Sequence record: SRR20825019_2407
Direction: 5' to 3' (one strand)
Length of the DNA: 64,000 nucleotides
Shown here: positions 29,282-38,287 of the stretch, one piece after another
Numbering within the stretch: position 1 is the stretch's first letter
Layout: the number at the start of each line of letters is the position of its first letter
The notes under the pieces: model-generated
What the model was told of the DNA's origin: nothing
The model's input: only the letters and a program-made list of their open reading frames with translations
The model's database searches: none
Program-made: the position numbers and the translations under genes

Positions 29282-32200
29282 TCAAACTTGACATATAAGC
29301 GCAATCTCCCGCTCAACCGTTTGTGTCGGTGAACTCTGGCGCCTTACACGCCCAGCCGCCGCTTTTGAAAGGGCCAAAAACTTATCGGGAAGCCTGGATA
29401 ACTCAAGGATGCACGTCGCCATTGCATCTGCATCCTCTGCCGGCACCAAAATGCCAGAAGTTTCATCTACAAACTCCGGCACTGCACCCACAGTATTCGT
29501 AACAGGCACCAGCCCTGAGGCCATTGCTTCATCTCGGGACACACCCTGAGTATCACTTCTAGTGGGGATCAGAAAAATTCCGTGTTCGTGGTGTAAAGCG
29601 GCGATCTCTTTGCGTGTCAGAAACCCCTGTCTGATATTCACGTTTGAAAACCTACGGATCGGCCCCAAGCAGTCGTCGAAATCTGGACCATCGCCAACAA
29701 TAGTAAAACTGAACATAGCAAAATCAGGGCTCTTTGACATTTTCAGAATGGTATCCACCACAAGATCATTGCCATAAATTGGCGAAGAGAATGGCCGAAT
29801 GGTCAATATCTTATACCGGCATGAAGGCTCCTTCTCGGTAAAAGCAAAAAAGTCAGTATCAATAACATTATGTATAACATGGCATTGCTCTGCCGGCGGC
29901 AAACAGCCTACATCCGAATGCACCCACTTCTTGAAGGTCTCCGAGACGAAGACAAAATCGACATTTGGATGGGCTCCCGAAAAGACCTGCTTCCAAAATG
30001 CCAATCTGTGGTCGCAGGCGCGCTGATGCGCAGATTTCTCATCATCAGTTTTGAAATAATCGATACGCCTAGCCGCCGCTTGTGCTTCATATCCATGCAG
30101 CCAGACTGTTACTTTAACACCTTTGAGATACGGTTCGATTGTTCGCCAAAGAGAAGGCTCGAGAAAATGTAGCGAGAGCGTCTTCACGCCGCCAGTTCGC
30201 AAAACTTTGGCAAGATTGCTATGATCAGCCTCGATGACATCAACACCCTCAAAAGAGGAACATTCCAATTGCCCGCCTGGCTTCAGGCGAAATACCTCCG
30301 TTCGGAGGCCTCGCGCTTTATAGCCGAGCACTCTCGAATGTAAGAAGCCGCCCCGATATAGGTGAGCAGAGCTAGGATAAATGGGTGCCGCCAATAAATG
30401 ATCCGCTATTGGAGCCGGCGGACTCTGTAAGTTGGGAATGGCAAAAAACCGGATCGCCTTCAGGCTCAAGTCTATACGCTGCCTGAACCGAAGACCCAAT
30501 TGAAGGAACTCCGCACCACCAGGAATACGAACCGTCATATACCGGCCGGCCGAACGCGTGGTCGTCTGCATGATTTTCTTGTTTCGATCCAAAAACCTGA
30601 ACACCACGCGTGATTGCAAGATACCTGTTTCGGTCTCTTCTCGCTCCCAGCGGCAATAGAAAGAAGACCGCAATGCCCCGTGAAGAGGTACATGCATGTC
30701 TTTGATAAAAACAAAAATCTCCTCTTCTCCGGTCGCGACACCACTGAAATAGGCGCTGTCCGGATCAGGAGAAAAGTATCCACACTCTCCGCGCCTGGAT
30801 ACTTTTACCGTAGGCTGCACGGATTGCCCTTTTTTGACCATCGCGCGCGAATAACCTGACACGTTACCAAGTCCGATTCCTGCGGCCATCTCAGCACCAG
30901 TTATGGAAAAAATCCCGACCAACTCCGGCTGCTGTTGTGCATTGAGATCGCCGTAGGCGTCATTCTCTGTGTCCAGGATGTCTATATCCCTGCCAACGTC
31001 CAAACCCTCTATGTCAAGAAGACCAGCCAACGCATTTTCAGGTAGGTTGGCCCCCAACTCGCAATATTGCAGCCTTCCAATAGCCAGCATGTTATCAGGT
31101 AACGTACTGAAGTTTCTCCCCCGCATCAGCGATAGCCCGCCTTCTGCACCTAAAAGAGACCAAGGCGCGGCACTTCTGCGAGGGACAGCGGATTCTGCCC
31201 CATACGTGTAGGGGCGCACACTCCCGCTAAAGAACCAGCTTTCACCGGCTTTTTTGGCAAAACAGGCCTTAGTCAATACGTTACCCGGAGAGGCGTCTAC
31301 GAGATGTGCAAACTCTTCCAGGTAACTCGGCCCATAATAATCATCCGGTGAAATAAAAACATAGTAATCACTCTGTTTACGTGCATGCGACATTACAGCA
31401 TCAACCTGCTGCTCCACGCAGAGCGTTACTCCCTCGACGGTATGCCTGCCCAATAGTTCTTCTGGCACCAAAATATGCAGAGATTTGGATTTATATGCCT
31501 GACGCTCAAAGTTAGCGATTGCCCTACGTACGGCATCGTCTGTTTCAGCGTGTGCACAGCAGAAAAAATGTGCCCCATTCATTTTCAAGCCCTGCCCTCG
31601 CACGAGGGAAAGAACCCTAGACATACGATGTTTATAAAGATGCTTTGAAAATACCTGACGCATTAACATAGCGTTCAGCCGCTCACGATAAAGCTCATCG
31701 CTCCGCATAGAGGAAATTTGTCGAGTAAGTTCATGTGGGTCATCACATGAGATGATAAGCTCCCCAAACATGCTACGGATAGCACGCGAGTAATTTGAAA
31801 TTATCATGGTATTACACGCCGCGAGTTCAAACAGACGGCGAGCCATCATGGTACTCGAGCTTTTCACTGTGTTGATATTTACACTTGCGTCATAACCTTT
31901 GTAGGCCCGGTTTACTTTGTCGAACGGGAGGTAACCAACTATTTGGCCACGGTACTGTTCAGGAAACTGATAGTCGGGGTGGTCGTCATTATAATGGCGA
32001 TCATAAATTTCAATCGGCACATCTTCTTCCGCCAAAACCTCGAGTATGGCATCAAGGTCCTTCGCCCGCTGTGGGAAATTCTTGTAATAAGTCCCTGCAA
32101 AACTTGCTTTTGCACGGCGGGGCTCTTCTTCGATTGGGTTGTGTAATTCCGGGCATGCTGCGAAAGGCAGAGCATACACTCTATCATGTTGAGCGTGGAA

Positions 32201-32557
32201 ACTATAAAGCGGCTTCAGGCTTACGTCGGTGGTAAAAATATAATCGCATAAAAGCGCTGTCGGTAGAAACAGGTCAAAATGTATAGGGTCCTCTTTATTC
32301 CAGAATACTGTGGGAATTCCCTTCGCCTTAAATGCTTCGATAACTACCCTAATCTCAGGCTCGGAATCCTGAATAATGAGAAACCACGTATTTTCATGCC
32401 CATGCCAGGCACTTTCGATAAACAAAATGTCGGGGTTATTCTGATGTAATACATCATTAAAATTTGAAGGCGTGACATGATTGACGTGGCACAAGGTCTC
32501 AAACGCAAACGACGTAAACTCATCAGCAATCAGTGCAATATTCACGGGTAGTTTCAT
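29282..32557 (-). CDS. Multidomain glycosyltransferase (N-terminal CgeB/Glyco_trans_1_2-like module, C-terminal GT4)
   Basis: FWNKEDP, INTVKSSSTMMARRLFE, DDYYGPSY, PTRSDTQGVSRDEAMASG. Confidence 0.85.
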   Translation of the reverse strand: MKLPVNIALIADEFTSFAFETLCHVNHVTPSNFNDVLHQNNPDILFIESAWHGHENTWFLIIQDSEPEIRVVIEAFKAKGIPTVFWNKEDPIHFDLFLPTALLCDYIFTTDVSLKPLYSFHAQHDRVYALPFAACPELHNPIEEEPRRAKASFAGTYYKNFPQRAKDLDAILEVLAEEDVPIEIYDRHYNDDHPDYQFPEQYRGQIVGYLPFDKVNRAYKGYDASVNINTVKSSSTMMARRLFELAACNTMIISNYSRAIRSMFGELIISCDDPHELTRQISSMRSDELYRERLNAMLMRQVFSKHLYKHRMSRVLSLVRGQGLKMNGAHFFCCAHAETDDAVRRAIANFERQAYKSKSLHILVPEELLGRHTVEGVTLCVEQQVDAVMSHARKQSDYYVFISPDDYYGPSYLEEFAHLVDASPGNVLTKACFAKKAGESWFFSGSVRPYTYGAESAVPRRSAAPWSLLGAEGGLSLMRGRNFSTLPDNMLAIGRLQYCELGANLPENALAGLLDIEGLDVGRDIDILDTENDAYGDLNAQQQPELVGIFSITGAEMAAGIGLGNVSGYSRAMVKKGQSVQPTVKVSRRGECGYFSPDPDSAYFSGVATGEEEIFVFIKDMHVPLHGALRSSFYCRWEREETETGILQSRVVFRFLDRNKKIMQTTTRSAGRYMTVRIPGGAEFLQLGLRFRQRIDLSLKAIRFFAIPNLQSPPAPIADHLLAAPIYPSSAHLYRGGFLHSRVLGYKARGLRTEVFRLKPGGQLECSSFEGVDVIEADHSNLAKVLRTGGVKTLSLHFLEPSLWRTIEPYLKGVKVTVWLHGYEAQAAARRIDYFKTDDEKSAHQRACDHRLAFWKQVFSGAHPNVDFVFVSETFKKWVHSDVGCLPPAEQCHVIHNVIDTDFFAFTEKEPSCRYKILTIRPFSSPIYGNDLVVDTILKMSKSPDFAMFSFTIVGDGPDFDDCLGPIRRFSNVNIRQGFLTRKEIAALHHEHGIFLIPTRSDTQGVSRDEAMASGLVPVTNTVGAVPEFVDETSGILVPAEDADAMATCILELSRLPDKFLALSKAAAGRVRRQSSPTQTVEREIALICQV

Positions 32558-32602
32558 TCAATGCCCCTCTATCAACTCAACCATCGCAGGCTAGAACTTC
32601 TC

Positions 32603-34270
32603 CTAGCCCCTGTCGGATAACCACTTCTCTAATTCTCCGACAACTTTTTGTTCCGAAGCAATCCGATAGTTTTTTGCGTAGTTGATATAGATAAATCGAT
32701 AGTTGGGAGCAAAAGGCATCTTCACGTCGTTCCCAAGGTTGAAAACCCACCAAGGCACACCGCGATGAACGCACCATGTCTCCACCCCTTGTGCCATGGC
32801 TAATGCCTGCGTCGCCGTCGAAGGACCAATAACCAAGTCCAGGTTCGCCATGATTGCCAGATTTGCTTCCAGATCTTTTTTTAGATCAATATCCGGAAAG
32901 GCAACAAAACGCTCCCCTGCGACACGAACTATCTCCTCTAGCTCAGCCTCCTCTGCATCGTATTGCAAATTGACAAGTTGAATTCCGGGTATTGCAGCAA
33001 CGGCTTTTACCATCGCTAAGTCCATATAGCCGTGCTTCCTACCCTCACTCAAGTTGCCGCTCCGCCACGACACCCCCACGCACGGTCTTTGACCCCGCGC
33101 TGCTAACTTCGCACCGAATTTGGAAACGCGAACAGAGTCCGCCAAAAGGTATCCACCTGAAAATGAAGATAAATCTCTCAAGTTCGGCCAAAAAATACTG
33201 GGCAATGACCCAATCGGTATTGCCCTGTCTATTCGAGGCAGTCTGTCACCCTTAGTGCAATTTTCCACTTGCGGGAAAGAACGAGTTCTCTCCCCCAAGC
33301 GCACAGTATCCTCGAAGCCCACTACATAGGCTTTCGGGAAACTCCGTTTGTAGATGTTAATAAGCCTTGGATCGCATCCAATAACAATCCGGCCGACCTT
33401 TTCGGCAAGCCGGTTGAAAAATATCGCGAATAACACCTCGTCACCCAGACCTTGTTCTGCTGTTACCAACAAAGTCTTCTTTTGGAGGTTTTCTCCCCGC
33501 CACCGCTTGATCTTGTGGCTATAGGTGAGCGATTTTCTAGTTCCTCGGCGATCAGACAATCGAGCTTCATATAGGCTCCATGCCCTCTGCAATTTTCCGT
33601 TCCGCAACAAAATCATTGCACAACCCAACTGCAGGTCAGCATTTTGCGGATCCAGCGCTAACGCGCGCTCATAATACTCCAATCCCTCTGGCATATTCGA
33701 ATATGTTTCGGCTAAGTTAGCCCAAGCCTGAGGATGCTTATCATCATACCGAATGGCTTCAGAAAAAAAGGCCCGGGCCGAGGGCACATTGTTACGAAAC
33801 TGAAGTGTAATTACACCCACCAAGTTCCATAAATCCGGGTTGGTAGGAAATTGTGGCAACACGGACTGCAGAAGTCCAATAGCTTCCTCGGAGTCACCCA
33901 TCTGGTGCAAGCACTGAGCATAAGAAAAATAGTGGTCCGGCAGGCTGGGGTTCAAGTTGATTGCGTGCTCAAGAGTTCTCTTTGCGAGATCTAGGAGTTC
34001 AAGATCAAGGGCGATCTTGGCCATCAAGGACAGAAGCGTCTCAGTAGGAGGCAATGCACGCATAGCATCTGCTAATAGATCGATGGCCTCGGATCGACAT
34101 CCCATCTCAGCCAGTCCATATACGGCCAAAGTTAATACGTTCGTACTTTTAGGGCTCGATCGCCAAGCTGTCAGTATCTCCTTTGATGCAGTCACCGCAT
34201 CAGCGGTCTTGATGGCGGCGTCAATGCGCATAATCGCCCGCCGCTCTGCTTGTTTCTCGATACTAGACAA
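32603..34270 (-). CDS. TPR + GT-B glycosyltransferase, FlmG/FlbA-like (candidate flagellin glycosyltransferase)
   Basis: Several TPRs, then AWSLYEAR, W.GE.L..K.LLV.AEQGLGDEVLF, VGVSWRSG, VNLQY, LDLVIG. Co-oriented downstream of pseI and pseF. Confidence 0.75.
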   Translation of the reverse strand: MSSIEKQAERRAIMRIDAAIKTADAVTASKEILTAWRSSPKSTNVLTLAVYGLAEMGCRSEAIDLLADAMRALPPTETLLSLMAKIALDLELLDLAKRTLEHAINLNPSLPDHYFSYAQCLHQMGDSEEAIGLLQSVLPQFPTNPDLWNLVGVITLQFRNNVPSARAFFSEAIRYDDKHPQAWANLAETYSNMPEGLEYYERALALDPQNADLQLGCAMILLRNGKLQRAWSLYEARLSDRRGTRKSLTYSHKIKRWRGENLQKKTLLVTAEQGLGDEVLFAIFFNRLAEKVGRIVIGCDPRLINIYKRSFPKAYVVGFEDTVRLGERTRSFPQVENCTKGDRLPRIDRAIPIGSLPSIFWPNLRDLSSFSGGYLLADSVRVSKFGAKLAARGQRPCVGVSWRSGNLSEGRKHGYMDLAMVKAVAAIPGIQLVNLQYDAEEAELEEIVRVAGERFVAFPDIDLKKDLEANLAIMANLDLVIGPSTATQALAMAQGVETWCVHRGVPWWVFNLGNDVKMPFAPNYRFIYINYAKNYRIASEQKVVGELEKWLSDRG

Positions 34271-34305
34271 AGTTTATGCCGCCTTGAACCTGAGTATATT
34301 GAGGC

Positions 34306-35364
34306 TTAGTTGTTAGCACAAAATACTCCGTATCTGTATAGCGTCCACCGCACTAGGCACGCCTCAAATGTTCCCGGCCTCAGCGCTTCAAATGCGGAAA
34401 GTACCCTTACATGAACATCGTGATAGCCTAAGCGTGCAGGGTTTGGTGGAAGGTGCTCATTACCCGATTGAAGGTGAGTCAAGTCGTACGCACTTCGGTC
34501 ACCCAGATCATAAAATGGCAAAGACCTCGCTAGCGTTTCAATCCCACGATCAAAAAGTTGCAATGCATCATCGCATTCGTAACGTTCCCAAGCATCATGC
34601 AACCCTAACAAGGCATACATAAAGCCATTCAGAACCAACGACGGGCGCAGTGTCGGATATTCTTCGTAGAAGGGATATTCTCCCAAAAATTGAGTGACGA
34701 CACCACCTGCCGAAACCGGCTTTTGAAAGGGGAAAAGGGCCTTCCTTACGGCGGCTTCTATCTCGGCACTACGCATCTCCTCAGGTGCACGGCATAGTGC
34801 GGATATGCACAAACCCTGTGCAAGTGCGGAGGCCCAATTCTTGGATAACGCTCCACCGGTTCGGCCGGGGAAAAAATCGTATGAAAATGGTACTTCCCAA
34901 GCGCCAGAATCTTGGTTCTGATTTTCCAAAAGCCATGCGACGATACGCTGATATCGCTCATAACATTTACTGTCCGAAGTGTGGTTATACTTGCTGATTT
35001 GGTTGATAGCGATCAAGCCAATGGTAACTGGGTATGTTTGACGTATCTCGGACCACCCATATTTATTCGTCGGAATACCAAGCTGCTCGTCGAACTGAAC
35101 AAACCCATTGTTCCGAATGTAATCAAAAACATGAAAATTGAAGTAGTCGGTATTCACCGAAAATTCTTCTACCCAGTACCCTTTAGCCTTAGCATCTGAG
35201 AGAATATCAGTGATCTGTAGTGGATGGTTAGGGGCGGCAGATTTACAGACATATGGTGCGCCTTCCTGTTTTGCCTGATCTACAGGTAGCGGCGAAGGAT
35301 ATAATGCGTCATAGCCATATTCTTTGATTTCGGCTGGCACTTTTATTGTTGGATTTTCACTCAC
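34306..35364 (-). CDS. D-glucuronyl C5-epimerase family protein
   Basis: SALAQG, FYEEYPT, VLNGFMYALLGLHD, LPFYDLG..SAYDL, PPNPARLGYH match the C5-epimerase C-terminal domain. Confidence 0.85.
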   Translation of the reverse strand: MSENPTIKVPAEIKEYGYDALYPSPLPVDQAKQEGAPYVCKSAAPNHPLQITDILSDAKAKGYWVEEFSVNTDYFNFHVFDYIRNNGFVQFDEQLGIPTNKYGWSEIRQTYPVTIGLIAINQISKYNHTSDSKCYERYQRIVAWLLENQNQDSGAWEVPFSYDFFPGRTGGALSKNWASALAQGLCISALCRAPEEMRSAEIEAAVRKALFPFQKPVSAGGVVTQFLGEYPFYEEYPTLRPSLVLNGFMYALLGLHDAWERYECDDALQLFDRGIETLARSLPFYDLGDRSAYDLTHLQSGNEHLPPNPARLGYHDVHVRVLSAFEALRPGTFEACLVRWTLYRYGVFCANN

Positions 35365-35397
35365 TCCGCTACCCTATCTCCGCTGCTAACTAACAGT

Positions 35398-36174
35398 CTA
35401 ACCTTTGATTTCTTTCGAGGCATCTCTGTATATCTCAGTGTTTTTTTCCCGCCATATTGGTTCCAGATGAGCGTTAATTTCACGCAATTTATCATGTTTA
35501 TCAATCATACTAAGTATTTGCTTCCAAGACATCATTTCAACCGCCTGTGCAACACCAAACAAGGTTTCCAGAAACTTATAATCCTCAGGATAATCGAGCA
35601 CCCAACGGTTGCCGATCTGATAGTTTATATCGGGCTTACAGATATATGATGACCAGTTTTTCTGCCGTTTGATCCACAGTGTTACGTGTTCCCGGTCCAG
35701 CGCGCCCGTTGCACACTCATTTGCTAATTCAAGCGCATTTGCGGTCATGACCTCGCAGTCAAGACCATGCGGCCACCACGCGGTAGCACCATAGCTAGCA
35801 CCGCGTGTTTTAACGCCATCAAGTAAGTCTTGGCATATTTCAGGGTCAAGGAGCGGGCAATCTGAGGTCACGCGCATGATATAGTCGGCCGGGAACATCT
35901 GGTACGCTTTAACATAACGCGAGAGCACGTCCTGCTCGCTGCCCGCGATCACCTCGGCACCGCTCTCAAACGCCAGGTCGGCAAGCGGCTGATTATAGTC
36001 TCCTTCAGGGATCGCGACGATCACTTTGTCAACGCCCGGAATTCTCTGGCACCGATCTATCACCCGGCGCAGGACAGGCACACCGCCAAGCGGCATCAAT
36101 ATCTTGTCCGGCAGCCGGGACGATGTCCGGCGTGCTTGAATGACACATATGCAGTGAAGTTTTTCAGCTTTCAC
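35398..36174 (-). CDS. SpsF/PseF(FlmC)-like cytidylyltransferase
   Basis: IQARRTSSRLPDKIL, GSEQDVLSRY, RVTSDCPL, REHVT, LDYPED. Confidence 0.88.
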   Translation of the reverse strand: MKAEKLHCICVIQARRTSSRLPDKILMPLGGVPVLRRVIDRCQRIPGVDKVIVAIPEGDYNQPLADLAFESGAEVIAGSEQDVLSRYVKAYQMFPADYIMRVTSDCPLLDPEICQDLLDGVKTRGASYGATAWWPHGLDCEVMTANALELANECATGALDREHVTLWIKRQKNWSSYICKPDINYQIGNRWVLDYPEDYKFLETLFGVAQAVEMMSWKQILSMIDKHDKLREINAHLEPIWREKNTEIYRDASKEIKG

Positions 36175-36184
36175 AAACTACTCG

Positions 36185-37150
36185 CTAGTTAGTTGGCATC
36201 ACGAGCCGGTCGGTCGCGTACCGGAGGGAGGTCAATCCAACTCTTATGGGCCTTGCAAGCCGTGCATCGGTATCCTTACCGAGCATCAACTGTATGATCC
36301 GCTCCGGGGAAGACAGCCCGCCCTGAATACTAAGATTGGAGCAACCACCAAACCGTGCGTTCACCTCAATAAGGCGCGGCCCTTCGGTTTCGCTATAAAA
36401 CATCTGTACCAGATTATGCCCGCGCAAGCCCAAATCTTGAGCGAGCGTTAGAGCGAGTTTTTCCGCGTCCGGCAGCGAGACAATGCGGGAGCGCCAGCTT
36501 TCGCCGTTCACGAGCTTAAGCCGCTCCCGCGCGACCGCCTGCATGGGGTTGCCGTCAAAATCCAGCAATATATCGCAGCTGATCTCCCGGTCCGTCACAT
36601 AGGGCTGCATGACATAGTCGTTGATGTCGACCTTAAGCCGTTCAAATGCCGAAAGGCTTTCTACCATCACGCCGCCGCCGGTGAAGGTGCCGTCCCGGTG
36701 ACGCATGAAAATCGGGAAAGCATTTTCCTTCTGCACATCCGCTAAGGGCAGCACAGGGAAACCCTTATCTACGCAATATCCTTGAAAGTTTTTCTTGTCC
36801 TGACACGCAGACAGCACCGATGCATCAGGAAGCGGCACGGTAACGCCAAGCGCTTCAAGCTTTGGTTTCATGCCTGCTATGCGCTGCAATTCCCCGTCCC
36901 GTGTCGGGATCAGCAACGTAATCTGATGCCGCTCGCAGATATCCAGCAACCGCGTTTCATAATCAGGCGCATCATCTTTCGGCAGCCATTCGAACGCGTC
37001 AGCAAAATGCCCGGCACAGCAGTCCCTGTCCATATCGCTGGCAACAACCCGGCCACCGGTAGGGTGCACCGCAGCCTTGAAGGCTTCCACCAATAACACC
37101 TTGGCTGATGCACTGGTGATCAGGCAATTGACAGCACCGTCTTTGTTCAT
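36185..37150 (-). CDS. ATP-grasp domain protein
   Basis: LLIPTRDGEL, CQDKK, MQPYV, IEVNARFGG. ATG at 37150 overlaps the pseI stop (TGATG). Confidence 0.85.
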   Translation of the reverse strand: MNKDGAVNCLITSASAKVLLVEAFKAAVHPTGGRVVASDMDRDCCAGHFADAFEWLPKDDAPDYETRLLDICERHQITLLIPTRDGELQRIAGMKPKLEALGVTVPLPDASVLSACQDKKNFQGYCVDKGFPVLPLADVQKENAFPIFMRHRDGTFTGGGVMVESLSAFERLKVDINDYVMQPYVTDREISCDILLDFDGNPMQAVARERLKLVNGESWRSRIVSLPDAEKLALTLAQDLGLRGHNLVQMFYSETEGPRLIEVNARFGGCSNLSIQGGLSSPERIIQLMLGKDTDARLARPIRVGLTSLRYATDRLVMPTN

Positions 37151-38226
37151 CAAGCCAACATTTCCCATGTCAATGGCGTCCCCGCCGGTGTGTCTGCCAA
37201 AACAGCGCGACCCAATACCTCATTCAAATGGCGCGGATGAAGCCCACCCGTCGGTCTAATGCTACGGACGTCCGCGCTGGTTAGCTTTTCGCCCTTCTTG
37301 AGGTCCCTTACGATATAAAGGGACCGCTTAAAGCGCAAACTTTCTTCTTCGATCTTGAGCGGCGTCGTCTTTTGACCGCGTACGGCGTCATGGACCTCAC
37401 GGCACTGCCTCACAAGGATCGCAAGTTCGTCAGGCTCAATCGAGAAGGCGCTGTCCACAGCACCACCGGCGCGAGAAAGGCATACGTGCTTTTCAATCAC
37501 ATCGGCACCCAGCGCAACAGCTGCAAGTGGTGCGGCCAGCCCTACGGTGTGGTCAGAAAACCCGATAGGCACATCATATTTTCGCCGGAGATGCGCGAGG
37601 GACCCGAGATTGGCCATTGAGACAGGTGTCGGATAAGCACTCACACAGTGTAATATAGAAAGGTCAGCAGCGCCTGCTTCTTGAAGCGCAGCGACAGCCT
37701 CATCAAGCTCAGCATCATTGGAGGCGCCAGTTGAAACAAAAACGGGTTTGCCCGTTTCCGCCACTCGGCGAATAAGGCCAATATCCACAAGCTCACATGA
37801 CGCTATTTTATAAGCTGGCGCATCCAGGCTTTCGAGCAGATCAACCGCTGTCTCATCAAACGGCGCACTGAAAGCAATAAGCCCGAGCGAACGAGCATGC
37901 TCAAAAAGCGCCGCGTGCCACTCAAAAGGGGTATGAGCCTCACCATAGAGGTCATAAAGTGTGCGTCCAGCCCAGAGCCCGTCTTCATCAACACGAAAGG
38001 CCGGTGCTTCACTATTCAAGGTGATGGTATCGGGCGTATAGGTCTGAAACTTGACCGCTTCAGCGCCTGCATCCTTGCAGGCAGAAACAAGCGCGAGTGC
38101 CTGATCAAGCGAGCCACCGTGGTTTCCGGATAGCTCAGCGATAACAAGCGGCGGGGCACCCCCACCGATCTTGCGCCCTGCAATCTCAAAAGCCTTGTTG
38201 AACATCTGAACGTCTTTCGCCGCCAC
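37150..38226 (-). CDS. pseI: Pseudaminic acid synthase (NeuB family)
   Basis: IAELSGNHGG, KFQTYTPDTITL, LYDLYGEAHTP, YKIASCE, SDHT, IEKH, DSAFS, C-terminal SAF/AFP domain. Confidence 0.88.
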   Translation of the reverse strand: MAAKDVQMFNKAFEIAGRKIGGGAPPLVIAELSGNHGGSLDQALALVSACKDAGAEAVKFQTYTPDTITLNSEAPAFRVDEDGLWAGRTLYDLYGEAHTPFEWHAALFEHARSLGLIAFSAPFDETAVDLLESLDAPAYKIASCELVDIGLIRRVAETGKPVFVSTGASNDAELDEAVAALQEAGAADLSILHCVSAYPTPVSMANLGSLAHLRRKYDVPIGFSDHTVGLAAPLAAVALGADVIEKHVCLSRAGGAVDSAFSIEPDELAILVRQCREVHDAVRGQKTTPLKIEEESLRFKRSLYIVRDLKKGEKLTSADVRSIRPTGGLHPRHLNEVLGRAVLADTPAGTPLTWEMLA

Positions 38227-38287
38227 CGAACCAGAACCTATAATTCGTTGGAATTGCTACATTTTGCAAGGCGGAATATGTGTGGCG

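Noticed and set aside
14795-35400. Island as a prophage, ICE or RiPP cluster (two radical SAM/SPASM genes)
   Set aside because: No integrase, phage gene, att repeat, precursor peptide or PqqD/RRE domain seen. The context is sugar modification.
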